Shown piece by piece: positions 8,291 through 17,504 of a DNA stretch of 56,674 nt. Under the pieces are notes generated by a model. That model had not been told where the DNA came from. It worked only from the letters and a program-made list of their open reading frames with translations, and did not search any database. Origin of the DNA: a virus (lineage: Duplodnaviria > Caudoviricetes); IMG/VR virus record IMGVR_UViG_3300034072_002225, positions 1-56,674 of that record; one strand, given 5' to 3'. A program made the position numbers and the translations under genes. The stretch's first letter is position 1. Each line of letters begins with the position of its first letter.

Positions 8291-8653
8291 ATGGTTGAAG
8301 CTGCCCTCGATCGCGTGCGCAAGGTGCTGGCTCTGCCGGGGATTACCCCGGCTGGACTGGCCAAGCGTGCAAAGTTGCATCCGAATTCCCTCTACTCAGC
8401 GACGTCGCCCGAGTGGAACCCGAGCGCGAATACGCTGCGGGCACTGGAGCCGGTGCTGAAAGAGATCGAAGCAGAGCATGTTGTGAGCCATGGCGCTCAC
8501 GATAGTTGCGACGCCAAGCCGGTGTCGCCCGATAGTTTCGCCGATCCTATCGGGTCGGCAGATCCGTCTGCGGCTGGCCTGCCGGGCTCTGAAGCAGCCG
8601 TAGCCGAAGGGGAGGGTGCCCGTTTCGCCCTCCCCGGAGGGCGGGCGGCATGA
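8291..8653 (+). CDS. cro: Cro-like HTH protein
   Basis: Divergent from cI; ITPAGLAKRAKLHPNSL..WNPSANTLRALE. Confidence 0.8.
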   Translation: MVEAALDRVRKVLALPGITPAGLAKRAKLHPNSLYSATSPEWNPSANTLRALEPVLKEIEAEHVVSHGAHDSCDAKPVSPDSFADPIGSADPSAAGLPGSEAAVAEGEGARFALPGGRAA

Positions 8654-9144
8654 CGGAGCAACGCAACCTGACGCTCGGCGTGCTCGAGCAGGACCTGAAG
8701 GCGGCACAGCGCCAGCTGATCCGCGAATTCGGGGGGCAGGTGGCGGCGGGCGAGCATTTCCGTCGCCCGCAGAGCCGATACAGCGATTGCGGCAATGCCC
8801 ATACCCGCGTGCACCTCACCGTGCAGGAGGTGGCGGATCTCGAAGACCGGACGGTGGGGCGTACCGATCACCCGATCGTCACGCGTCATCTGGCGCGGCG
8901 GCAGGGCTTCGAGCTGGTCGGCCGCCCGCGCGCTCTGCCGAACAAGGGCAATCTGATGCTCGCGAGCGGCACGCTGGTGCAGGAGGCCGGCGACGTCGTG
9001 GCCTCGCTCGGCCGCGCGCTGGCCGACGGGAAGATCGAGGCACGCGAGCACGCCGAAATTCGCGCGGAGATCGATCAGCTGATCGAGGTCGCGGTGACGC
9101 TGGGCGCGCTGGTGGATGCCGCCGCTGATGGGGAGGTTCTATGA
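8650..9144 (+). CDS. CII-like phage regulatory protein
   Basis: Position after cro; EAGDV..LADGKIEARE..EIDQL C-terminal motif. Confidence 0.7.
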   Translation: MTEQRNLTLGVLEQDLKAAQRQLIREFGGQVAAGEHFRRPQSRYSDCGNAHTRVHLTVQEVADLEDRTVGRTDHPIVTRHLARRQGFELVGRPRALPNKGNLMLASGTLVQEAGDVVASLGRALADGKIEAREHAEIRAEIDQLIEVAVTLGALVDAAADGEVL

Positions 9145-9539
9145 AGAAGATGCGCATTCCGCTGGCGGTGCCGAGCGACGGTGCCCACCGGCTTGCCTGG
9201 TTCGTAGCCGAGGCGGGGGAGCCCGACGAGGCGATCGAAGACCTGGCCGCCGGCACGATGACCTCCGTTGCGATGTTCGATCGCGTGCTGTCCGGCGAAA
9301 TCGTGCCGGAAGGCGGGTTCGCCGCCGCGATCGCGCGCGAGACCGAAGGCGCCGTGCTGCCCGGAGACTGGAACCGGGCCGCGAGCGGCCTGTGGGGCGA
9401 TCGGCCGAAGCCGCGCCCCTTCGACACCCATACGCGCCCGCCCTCGGGTCAAAAGAAAATGGACCGGGCGCGCCTCGCCGAGATCATGGGGGTTCGCGCC
9501 TCCATGCTCCCGGCCAAGGGTGCCGCCGTTCCCGCCTGA
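9141..9539 (+). CDS. Hypothetical (degenerate Cro-like) protein
   Basis: ATGA coupling; RVLSGEIVP..AIARETEGAVLPGDW. Confidence 0.65.
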   Translation: MKKMRIPLAVPSDGAHRLAWFVAEAGEPDEAIEDLAAGTMTSVAMFDRVLSGEIVPEGGFAAAIARETEGAVLPGDWNRAASGLWGDRPKPRPFDTHTRPPSGQKKMDRARLAEIMGVRASMLPAKGAAVPA

Positions 9540-9596
9540 GCGGGGGCGGCGGCACCGATAGCGGAACCAAATGCCCGGAGCGGGCGGGGATGGAAA

Positions 9597-9947
9597 ATGC
9601 ACCAGGGAACGAACGAAGGCATCGGCGCGGCGATCGCGATCGATGCCGTGAAGCTGTATGACTGGCTGCCGCGCGCCCAGCCCAATGCACGGCTGATCTA
9701 TCACCATGGCTTCCACCTGGGCGGCGTCGACCAGGAGCTTGCCGAGATGCTGCGCTTCGAGGCGGAGCGCGGCATGCTGTACCTGGTGCAGGACAAGCGC
9801 GCCGCCGATGCTCGGGGGCATGACTATGTGGCGATCCGATCCTCGCGGAAATGGGCGGCAGGATCGGCGCGGGCGAAGTCCGCGGGATCGCTTTCCTCGC
9901 AGGCTCGCGCCGCCGGCGAGGCCCTCTTTCGGAGCTCCGGCAAGTGA
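9597..9947 (+). CDS. Hypothetical protein
   Basis: 116 aa; WL..AQPNARLIYHHG..LYLVQ..DYVAIR. Confidence 0.7.
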   Translation: MHQGTNEGIGAAIAIDAVKLYDWLPRAQPNARLIYHHGFHLGGVDQELAEMLRFEAERGMLYLVQDKRAADARGHDYVAIRSSRKWAAGSARAKSAGSLSSQARAAGEALFRSSGK

Positions 9948-11686
9948 GCGCGGCCGATGATCGCGCGGTGATCGCCGCGCTGCGCGCTGGCAAGGTCGGC
10001 GCGGCCGCCGTGCGGGAGGCGAGCGGGCTGAAGGCGCCGGCGTTCAAGGCGGCGGTGCAGCGGCTGCGCTACCAGGGGAAGGTGCAGTGGGATGCGCTGC
10101 AGCTGACCGCTTCGATGATCGAGACACAGGACGCGGCGTCGGTACCCCCCAACCCGACGCCCGAACCGGCGGCGCCCGCTCTCTGCGTCGCCGGGAATGG
10201 GGAGGATGCCGGCGCCACTGCCCCCTCGGCGCCGGCATCCGGCGATCCGGTTCCGGTGCGGCTGCCGAGCGCGGCCGAGCAGCTGCTGCGCGATATCGAA
10301 GCGTGGTGCGCGCGGACCGGCACGCCCGAAATCAAGCTGGGCCTGGTGGCGCTGCGGCACTCCGGGTTCGTGGCGTTGCTGCGCAAGCGGCTGACGGCGA
10401 CGCCGGACACGATCGCGAAGGTGCGGGCGGTGCTGGCGGCGCATCCCGACGGCATGGCCGAGGTGCCGATGCCGGCGAACAATATCTGCGTTCCGAAGGG
10501 GCCGAAATCGGAGAGCGCGGCGCGGGCGATCGCCGCCAAGGCGGTGGGCCAGCTGGTGCGCCGTGGCGTCAGCACTTTGGCCGAGGAAGTGCGGCAGGAG
10601 GCCGAGGCGGCGGCTGCTCGGCGCAAGGCTTCGCGAATGATCTCTGGCCTTGCTGGCGCCAAGTTGGCCCTGCTCTCCGATCCCACGCCCGCCGAGATGG
10701 TGACCACCGCGCTGGCGGAGACGGTGGACGATGCCGCCAAGGCGATGGCGCGGCGCTGGCCGAGGACCTGGGCGAAGGTGTTGGTCGCCGCGCGCGTGGC
10801 CGACGAGCGCCCCGGGCAGACGCTGATCCGCTTGCTCGAGCTGGGGCTTGCCCAGGTGGAGGCGCGCCCCGTGGCTGATCTCGACGGCAAACCGATCATT
10901 TTCAGCGCTCCGATGGTCCGTGCGCTGCTCGACGGCAGGAAGACGCAGACGCGCAGGTTGTTGACGAAGCCGTTGCCCCCGGCTGATGCCAGTGGCGTTC
11001 GCGCGTGGTTCGCGCCTCCGGACGTGCCGACCAAAGGGATTCCGAACCAGTGGGCCGAGAGCGGTCTCTGGGCGTTCCGCAATTCGGACGAGGAAGATCC
11101 TGAGAACGCGTGCGGCGGCTACAACCGATATTGTGGGCCGCTGCCTTTCCGGCCGGGTGACCGCGCCTATGTCCGCGAGGCGCACCTGATCAGGCGCGCC
11201 ATTCCCTGCCTGCCCCACGAGATGGATTGGCAGTCCCTGTCGGGGCCTGTCGTTCACTACCTAGCGGACGGTGGCGAGCTGCGCCACGAAGGCGACCGGA
11301 GGACTGGGCGCGGCATATATCACGGTCCCGTCGAGAAAGCGCGACCGTCCATCCACATGCCGCGCTGGGCCTCGCGCCTGACGTTGTTCGTCGAGGCGGT
11401 GCGCGTCCAGCGGCTGCAGGACATCAGCGAGGCGGATGCCATCGCCGAGGGCATCAGCGAGCATCCATGCGAGGGGCCACACCGCGGCCCGGACGCAACC
11501 TACTGGACCGCTGAGAGGGGGTCCAAGGACTACCTCGGGCGGACGACGCCAATCGCTGCCTATGGTGCCCTCTGGGACAGCCTCCACACCGACCCCGGCA
11601 CGCGCTGGGAGGACAACCCCTGGATCTACGCGCTGACCTTCAGGGTCAACCGCGGCAACGTCGACCATCTGGAGACCACCGCATGA
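9944..11686 (+). CDS. Fusion: N-terminal HTH-like modules + C-terminal ASCH/PUA-like phage protein
   Basis: GTGA overlap at 9944; C-half KPIIFSAPMVRALLDGRKTQTRR..PSIHMPRWASRLTL..RLQDISEADAIAEG..NPW; internal RBS + GTG at 10871. Confidence 0.75.
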   Translation: MSAADDRAVIAALRAGKVGAAAVREASGLKAPAFKAAVQRLRYQGKVQWDALQLTASMIETQDAASVPPNPTPEPAAPALCVAGNGEDAGATAPSAPASGDPVPVRLPSAAEQLLRDIEAWCARTGTPEIKLGLVALRHSGFVALLRKRLTATPDTIAKVRAVLAAHPDGMAEVPMPANNICVPKGPKSESAARAIAAKAVGQLVRRGVSTLAEEVRQEAEAAAARRKASRMISGLAGAKLALLSDPTPAEMVTTALAETVDDAAKAMARRWPRTWAKVLVAARVADERPGQTLIRLLELGLAQVEARPVADLDGKPIIFSAPMVRALLDGRKTQTRRLLTKPLPPADASGVRAWFAPPDVPTKGIPNQWAESGLWAFRNSDEEDPENACGGYNRYCGPLPFRPGDRAYVREAHLIRRAIPCLPHEMDWQSLSGPVVHYLADGGELRHEGDRRTGRGIYHGPVEKARPSIHMPRWASRLTLFVEAVRVQRLQDISEADAIAEGISEHPCEGPHRGPDATYWTAERGSKDYLGRTTPIAAYGALWDSLHTDPGTRWEDNPWIYALTFRVNRGNVDHLETTA

Positions 11687-12855
11687 CGATCACCCTCGAG
11701 GCGAAGCAGCTGCGCGCGATCGCGGTGGAGGCGAAGGACGTCGCCACCAGTAGCGGCGGCTCGGCGCCGATCTTTTCCAACGTGCTGATCCGCGAGGAAG
11801 CGGAAGGGCGGGTGGTGTTCGTCGCCACCGATCTCGACACGGCGATCGAGCGCCAGCTGGTCGCGGTGCGCGGCGATCTGGCGCGGGCGCCGTTGCGCAC
11901 CACCGTGTCGGCCAAATACCTGGCCGACATCACTGCCAAGCTGCCCAAGGATGCCCAGGTAAAGCTGGAGCATGCCGACGGCAAGCTGAAGCTCACCTCG
12001 GGGCGGGCACGCTTCATGCTCGCGACGTTGCCGGCGGAAGATTTTCCGGCATTCCCCCGTGCGGACTGGGATGCCGAATTCGAGATCGGGGGGAACGCGC
12101 TCGCCGAGCTGTACGATCGCCTGAACTTCGCGATCAGCACGGAAGAGACGCGTTATTACCTTGGCGGCATCTTTCTGCACCGGGTGGAGATCGACGGGCA
12201 GGCGGTGCTGCGGGCGGCCGCGACGGACGGCGCTCGCCTCGCGCGTGCCGAGATCCCGCTGCCGGAAGGTGCGGAGGGGCTGCCCCAGCCCGGCGTGATC
12301 CTGCCGCGGCGGGCGCTGAAGGTGATCCGTGGGCTGATCGATCACATGCCGGCCGACACTGAGGATACCCCGCGCACGATCGGCGTCGCCGTATCGTCGT
12401 CGCGGGCGGAGTTCGACTTCGGGCGCGGCGAGCATGGCGAGACGCGGTTCACCTGCAAACTGATCGACGGCACCTTTCCGGACTATGCCCGGGTGATCCC
12501 GACGGCGAACGACAAGCTGCTGACGGTGGAAAAGGCGGCGCTGCGCGAGGCGGTTGCCCGTGTCGCTACCATCATTTCCGACAAGACCCGGGTGGTGAAG
12601 CTGCAGCTTGCCGGCGAGCTGGTCACCGTGTCCGCAACCTCGATCGAGGCGGGGCAGGCGACCGAGGAAGTGCCCTGCAGCTGGACGGGCGGGGCGCTCG
12701 ATATCGGGTTCAACGCAGCGTTCTTGCAGGACGTGCTCGGCGCGATCGATTCGGACACGGTGGCAGCCGAGATCCAGGATGCGGCCGCTTCGACGCTGTG
12801 GCGGGCCGACAAGGAACCCGACGCGCTGTTCGTGCTGATGCCGGTACGCGTCTGA
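11683..12855 (+). CDS. dnaN: DNA polymerase III beta sliding clamp (phage-encoded)
   Basis: PIFSNVLI, ATDLD, FAISTEETRYYLGGI, ATDGARLA, KLIDGTFPDYARVIP, IGFNAAFLQDVL, C-terminal VLMPVRV. Confidence 0.95.
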   Translation: MTITLEAKQLRAIAVEAKDVATSSGGSAPIFSNVLIREEAEGRVVFVATDLDTAIERQLVAVRGDLARAPLRTTVSAKYLADITAKLPKDAQVKLEHADGKLKLTSGRARFMLATLPAEDFPAFPRADWDAEFEIGGNALAELYDRLNFAISTEETRYYLGGIFLHRVEIDGQAVLRAAATDGARLARAEIPLPEGAEGLPQPGVILPRRALKVIRGLIDHMPADTEDTPRTIGVAVSSSRAEFDFGRGEHGETRFTCKLIDGTFPDYARVIPTANDKLLTVEKAALREAVARVATIISDKTRVVKLQLAGELVTVSATSIEAGQATEEVPCSWTGGALDIGFNAAFLQDVLGAIDSDTVAAEIQDAAASTLWRADKEPDALFVLMPVRV

Positions 12856-12980
12856 TGGCCTGGCAGTTCGAGAATGCGCGCCTGACGTCGACTCCGTGCA
12901 CCTTCGTGCACAAGGGGCGACGTTGGGCGTGGTTCCCGATCTGCCCGCAAACGGGGCGCTGGGTGCCCGACGCCTCATGA
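12855..12980 (+). CDS. Small hypothetical protein (41 aa)
   Basis: TGATG overlap with dnaN and ATGA overlap with primase. Confidence 0.55.
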   Translation: MAWQFENARLTSTPCTFVHKGRRWAWFPICPQTGRWVPDAS

Positions 12981-14251
12981 TCCAGGACCTGCGCGCCCGC
13001 ATCGGAGAGGTTCGCGCCAGGGTGCCGCTGCGCGACGTCGTCGAGAAGGCTGGCGTCAAGCTGTTCGGCAGGGGCAAGAAGCTGCGCGGGCAATGCCCGA
13101 TGCATGGCTCGACCTCGCGCAGCTTCGTCGTCGATACCGATAGCGGCTATGGCCGCTGCTATGGCTGCGGGTGGAACGGTGACGTCGTCCGCTTCGTGAT
13201 GGACCGCTATGGCCTGTCGTTCCGCGACGCGATGGAAGATCTGCAGCGGACCGGTGGGGTGTCGCGCGATGCGGCGCCGGCGGCGCCGACCAGGCGCAAG
13301 CTGGCGGCGAAGCCGGAGCGGCCGTTCATCGATTCGGCCGCGCTCGGGCGCTGGATCTGGCGGAAGGCCGTCCCGCAGATCGATTCCGTTCGGACCTATC
13401 TGCGCAGCCGGGGTGTGCCCGATACGGTGTTGGTGGCCGATCGGCTGATCGACGTGCGGTTCCATGCGCTGGCGCCGCTATATGGGTGGCCGGAGGGCCA
13501 GGACGGTCCCTCCGGCGACACGCCGAAGGCGCCGGCCATGTGCGCGCTGATCCGCGAGCCCCAGCTGGGCGACGATGGCCTGTTGCGGTTCGTGCCGATC
13601 GGCCTGCATGTGACCTTCCTGGCGCCGATGCTGGACGGCAAGATGGTGCGCACGCGGCCAGACGGCAGCCAGTACGAGGCGCGCAAGGTACTCGGGCGGT
13701 CGGGGGGTGGGTGCATCCTGCTCGGCGCGCGGAGCGCGCCCGCCGCCGAAAAATGGGTGGGTATCGACCACACCCGGCCGCTGTTCGCAGGGGAGGGCAT
13801 CGAGACGGTGCTTTCCGGCATGGCGATCGCCGGCGCTGGCCCCGAGGCGCTCGGTCTGGCCGCGATCAGCCTCGACAACCTGCAGGGCGACCCGCTGCGC
13901 TGGCGTGGCGGGGTGTGGCCGCTATTCGACATTAAGCCGGATCCGCACGGCCGCAAGGCGGTGTGCTTCAGCCATGTGGGTGCGGTGACCGGCCTGATCG
14001 ATGCGGACATGAAGCCGCTGCCGGGGCCGATCGAGCGCAAGAGCGGACGGCACATGGGGGAATTGGTGGTGGAGCATCGGGGCGGCGCGATCGTGCGCCG
14101 TGCGATCACCACGGCCGAACGGGCGGCAATCTGCGCCAGCCTGTTCGTGCAGAGCTGGCGCGCGGCGGGGTGCCGGCGCGTCACCGCGGTGCGCCCGCAT
14201 ATGGGGCAGGATTTCAACGACGCAGTGAGGGAGGGGGCGTATGGGCAATGA
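12977..14251 (+). CDS. Phage primase: CHC2 zinc finger + Toprim-like domain
   Basis: CPMH..CYGCGWNGDVVRFVM; YLRSRG; GEGIETVLS; DAD; GQDFND. Confidence 0.88.
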   Translation: MIQDLRARIGEVRARVPLRDVVEKAGVKLFGRGKKLRGQCPMHGSTSRSFVVDTDSGYGRCYGCGWNGDVVRFVMDRYGLSFRDAMEDLQRTGGVSRDAAPAAPTRRKLAAKPERPFIDSAALGRWIWRKAVPQIDSVRTYLRSRGVPDTVLVADRLIDVRFHALAPLYGWPEGQDGPSGDTPKAPAMCALIREPQLGDDGLLRFVPIGLHVTFLAPMLDGKMVRTRPDGSQYEARKVLGRSGGGCILLGARSAPAAEKWVGIDHTRPLFAGEGIETVLSGMAIAGAGPEALGLAAISLDNLQGDPLRWRGGVWPLFDIKPDPHGRKAVCFSHVGAVTGLIDADMKPLPGPIERKSGRHMGELVVEHRGGAIVRRAITTAERAAICASLFVQSWRAAGCRRVTAVRPHMGQDFNDAVREGAYGQ

Positions 14252-14272
14252 TCAGGGCCGAAGGGCCGCGCT

Positions 14273-14689
14273 GTGAAGGATTCGATCGCCGCCGATGGGC
14301 AGGAAGCGCGCCTGATCAAGGCGTTCTTCGAGCAGCTTCGCGCTATCGATGAAGAACAGCTTGATCTGAACGAACGCCGGAAGGACATACTGAAGGCCGC
14401 CAAGGATGCCGAGATCGACGGCAAGACGCTGCGCGTGATGATCATGCGTGCCCGCAAGGCGCCGGAAGAGGTGATGGAAGCCGATCGGCTGCTGGAAACC
14501 TATGAGGCGATCACGGGCACCGGCGCCAATGTGGGCGGGGCGCTTTCGACCAAGCGGAACGCCGACGGCACGTTCGAGGTGAAGATGGTGCAGCCCGCCG
14601 AGGCGGCGAAGCTGACCAATGCGGACAAGCGGCTGCGCGACAGCGTGCTGCTCGCCCAGCTCGAGGAAAGGGCGCGGCGGGGCGAATGA
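14273..14689 (+). CDS. Divergent GapR/DUF2312-like DNA-binding protein with C-terminal extension
   Basis: LIKAFFEQLRAIDEEQLDLNERRKDILKAAKDAEIDGKTLRVMI..LLETY aligns by eye with the canonical DUF2312 at 50405..50641. Confidence 0.75.
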   Translation: MKDSIAADGQEARLIKAFFEQLRAIDEEQLDLNERRKDILKAAKDAEIDGKTLRVMIMRARKAPEEVMEADRLLETYEAITGTGANVGGALSTKRNADGTFEVKMVQPAEAAKLTNADKRLRDSVLLAQLEERARRGE

Positions 14690-16290
14690 CGGGGCAGCTT
14701 ATCCCCATGCCTGTGGACGATCCGCTCTCCACGGTGTTGCTGAAGACCAACGATATCGGGAATGCCGAACGCCTCGTCCGCCTGAGCAAGGGCCTGCTGC
14801 GATGGGTGCCGGATCTTGCCAGCTGGGTTGCCTATGACGGCAAGCGCTGGTCGGTGCGGGATGGCGAGCGGATCGCCACCGGCTATGCCCATGAGGTGGC
14901 GCGGCATATCGATCGCGAACAGATCGCGCTGCGCAAGATTGCGGACAGCCCCGATGCGCTCGAGGCGGCCTTCGGATTCGAGGTGCCGCCCGACGTCGCC
15001 AAGGAACGGGTGATCGCCCTGGGCAAATGGGCGGTGAAGAGCGGCGACGCTTCCCGCACCGCGGCGATGCTGATGCAGGCGCGATCGCTGCTGACCGCGC
15101 AGCTGGACGAGTTCGACCGCGACAAGCTGGCGTTCAACACCCAGAACTGGACCCTGCGCTTCGTGAAGGCCGGAGACGGCAGCTGGACGGTGAAGCCGTC
15201 GCCGCACGATCCGGCCGACATGATCATGCAGATCGCCAATGTGGAATATCATCCCAAGGCGGATTATCCGAAGTGGCGAGAGCGCGTGGAGCTGATCCAG
15301 CCCGACGGCGATCAGCGCGACTTCCTGCAGCAGCGGTACGGCTATTTCCTGACGGGGCTTATCTCCGAACAGAAATGGTTCATCGACCAGGGCCGTGGCG
15401 GCGACGGCAAGTCGGTCACCAATATGGCGATCGGCAACCTGATGGGGGACTATTACCGGCACGCCGGCATCGAGACCTTCCTGGAAGGCGGCACCAAGTC
15501 CGGATCCGATCATAGCAGCGATCTGGCCCGCCTGCAGGGCGATATCCGCTTCGTCAGCGCCGACGAGCCGAAGGCGCAATCGACGTGGAACAGTTCGCGC
15601 CTAAAACAGGTGACGGGCGGCACGATCACCTGCCGCGCCATGCGGAAGGAGGAGATCGAGTATGTCGCCCGCTGGAAGCTGGTGATCGAGGTCAACCCGC
15701 TGCCCAAGGTTTCGAACGACGACGACGGCTTCTGGCGGCGCGTCCACCTGACGCCATGGTCCTACCAGTTCGACAAGGGGCAGGCGAAAGCGCGGCCCAT
15801 GGAGGAGCTGCTCGCCGAGCTGGCCGCGGAGAGCAGCGGCATCCTGAACTGGATGATAGCCGGGGCGTGCAAGTGGCTGCAGACGCGGCGCCTGCCGATG
15901 GCGGCCGCGGCAGACCTGGCGCTGACCAACTATCGCCAGTCCGCCAGCGCGATCGGCGCATGGCTGATCGACCGGGCCGATCGCAGCGACAAGGATGCGG
16001 TGACGAAGGCGAGCGTGCTCTACGCCGACTTCAAGACCTATTGCGAGCAGCTGGGCATCGAGAAGCCACCCAGCCAGACTGCGTTCGGCAACAAGCTGTC
16101 CGCCGAGCAGATCTACGGGAAGAAGGATGGCGCGGGCAACATCGTGCGCCTCGGCATCAAGCTGAAGCCGGACGGCATCGGTGGCGGCCTGGGGGCGTCC
16201 GCTGAGGCGCCTGCACGTCCGCCCGCTGCGGCTGCCGTGCCGCCCGCCTCCGGGGCATGGGCGGTCGAGGATGGGGACGATCTGCCATGA
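14686..16290 (+). CDS. P4-family/D5-like SF3 helicase
   Basis: NDIGNAERL D5_N, Walker A GRGGDGKS, LARLQG..ADEP, LKQVTGG, DDGFWRR, C-terminal wHTH. Confidence 0.92.
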   Translation: MTGQLIPMPVDDPLSTVLLKTNDIGNAERLVRLSKGLLRWVPDLASWVAYDGKRWSVRDGERIATGYAHEVARHIDREQIALRKIADSPDALEAAFGFEVPPDVAKERVIALGKWAVKSGDASRTAAMLMQARSLLTAQLDEFDRDKLAFNTQNWTLRFVKAGDGSWTVKPSPHDPADMIMQIANVEYHPKADYPKWRERVELIQPDGDQRDFLQQRYGYFLTGLISEQKWFIDQGRGGDGKSVTNMAIGNLMGDYYRHAGIETFLEGGTKSGSDHSSDLARLQGDIRFVSADEPKAQSTWNSSRLKQVTGGTITCRAMRKEEIEYVARWKLVIEVNPLPKVSNDDDGFWRRVHLTPWSYQFDKGQAKARPMEELLAELAAESSGILNWMIAGACKWLQTRRLPMAAAADLALTNYRQSASAIGAWLIDRADRSDKDAVTKASVLYADFKTYCEQLGIEKPPSQTAFGNKLSAEQIYGKKDGAGNIVRLGIKLKPDGIGGGLGASAEAPARPPAAAAVPPASGAWAVEDGDDLP

Positions 16291-16310
16291 TCGTCGACCA
16301 CAAGATGTTG

Positions 16311-16596
16311 TGTCCGGAGGGTACGGACAGTTGGGCTCTCAACTGTCCGGAATGGGCACGCGCGGCGGCTGCGGGGCTGGGGCGGGTGGTCGGGGAAGCG
16401 ATTTTCCGGGCTGCCTACGGAGGGCTGAGGGGCGTTTTACGGAGGGTCGTTCACAACTGTCCGTACCTGCAAGCCATTGGAAAAGCGGGACTGACGGACG
16501 GTTACGGATAGTTCGGACAGTTTCCGGCGGGTTCGAGGGCTAGGCATGCCTGCGCCTACCTGTGCGGGAGAACCTCACCATAACTGTCCGTACCCT
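16311..16596. repeat. Iteron cluster, putative replication origin
   Basis: Repeated ACGGACAGTT/AACTGTCCGT variants in both orientations (16323, 16341, 16455, 16494-16522 x3, 16582) right after the helicase. Confidence 0.7.
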
Positions 16597-16621
16597 TCTG
16601 AAAGAAGATTGAACACAAGAT

Positions 16622-17365
16622 ATGGATAAGAAAACACCAGAGGTGACCCAGCTGCCGGCGAAGCCGGCACGGGGCGTGCGGCGGCCAATGGTGGCGCGGG
16701 CCGAGCCGATGCTGGTCGAGGTGCAGGTGGCGCCGCTGTCCCATGCACCGGCGGCACGGCCCTGGGAGGCGCGCGGTTCGATCGATGTCGAGCAGCTGGC
16801 GGTATGGGCATTCCGGGATCAGCGTGCGCACCGGGTGGCGGGCCGTGGCCTGCACGACATCGAGGCGGCGGTCTCCGGCATGGAGCCGCGTGGGCGTTCT
16901 GCGGATGGTTGCGCCGCGATCGCCGATATCCAGCACATGGGATGCCGGGTGGATTGGGGCGGCGCGATGATCAAGGATCACGTCCACCCTGCCGCGGAGC
17001 TGCTCGAGCAGCTGGTCGGCTCGATGCAGGATGGGGCGCTGGTCCGGCACTATGCGTTGCTCGCTGGGCGTCCCGAGGGCTGGCGGCAGCCGGTGCGCTG
17101 GTACCGTCCGGTGGTCTGGGACAAGCCCGGTGAGGAAGCGGCCTGGGAATGGACGAACGAAGGGCGCGGCGCACGCGGCTATCGCATGTGCCGGGTCATC
17201 CCCACCATCACGCCCTCCGAGCTGGTCACGCAGCGCGGCGTCTACGCCCGCTGGCTCGACGCGCTGGGCGTGCTGGCCTGGGAGCTATCGATGCACGCGC
17301 TCGGCTTCGCAGTCACCGGCCCGTCGGCGCCTGCGCGACCCTGGGACGGTGAGGGCCGGCCGTGA
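16622..17365 (+). CDS. Hypothetical protein in the late-regulator (Q-like) position
   Basis: 247 aa between origin and cos/terminase; IDVEQLAVWAF..HPAAE..Y..WLDAL. Confidence 0.7.
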   Translation: MDKKTPEVTQLPAKPARGVRRPMVARAEPMLVEVQVAPLSHAPAARPWEARGSIDVEQLAVWAFRDQRAHRVAGRGLHDIEAAVSGMEPRGRSADGCAAIADIQHMGCRVDWGGAMIKDHVHPAAELLEQLVGSMQDGALVRHYALLAGRPEGWRQPVRWYRPVVWDKPGEEAAWEWTNEGRGARGYRMCRVIPTITPSELVTQRGVYARWLDALGVLAWELSMHALGFAVTGPSAPARPWDGEGRP

Positions 17366-17388
17366 TCGTCCTCGACCACCCCCCTGCC

Positions 17389-17435
17389 GGGTCCTCCCGG
17401 CCGGCCCCCGGGGATATGCGGGCCGCAAGGCGCAA
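17389..17435 (+). other. Putative lambda-type cos site (cosQ + cosN)
   Basis: GGGTCCT at 17389..17395 (identical to lambda cosQ), then TGC-GGGCCGCAAGGC-GCA with dyad flanks, immediately upstream of terS. Confidence 0.6.
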
Positions 17436-17504
17436 TGCGTGGGAATTTTCCGGATTGGCGGATATCTTGCGGTTTTCCTTTGCTTTTTTGTTCGGAGTGG
17501 AGCG

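Noticed and set aside
8630-8653. C-terminal ..RAA/..AA ends as ClpXP degrons (Cro, 46773 ORF, 6428 ORF)
   Set aside because: Plausible, but equally explained by GGAGG-N-GCGGC-ATGA coupling sequence; not separable from sequence alone.
16260-16290. Helicase C-terminus GDDLP as an SSB-tail mimic
   Set aside because: Lacks the terminal Phe required in the SSB-Ct motif; too short to support.
16257-16543. ORFs across the iteron region
   Set aside because: Translation is dictated by the repeats; better explained as an origin, although ATG 16287 is coupled to the helicase stop.
16311-16596. Possible CRISPR array
   Set aside because: Repeats are about 10 bp, in mixed orientation and irregularly spaced; no cas genes.
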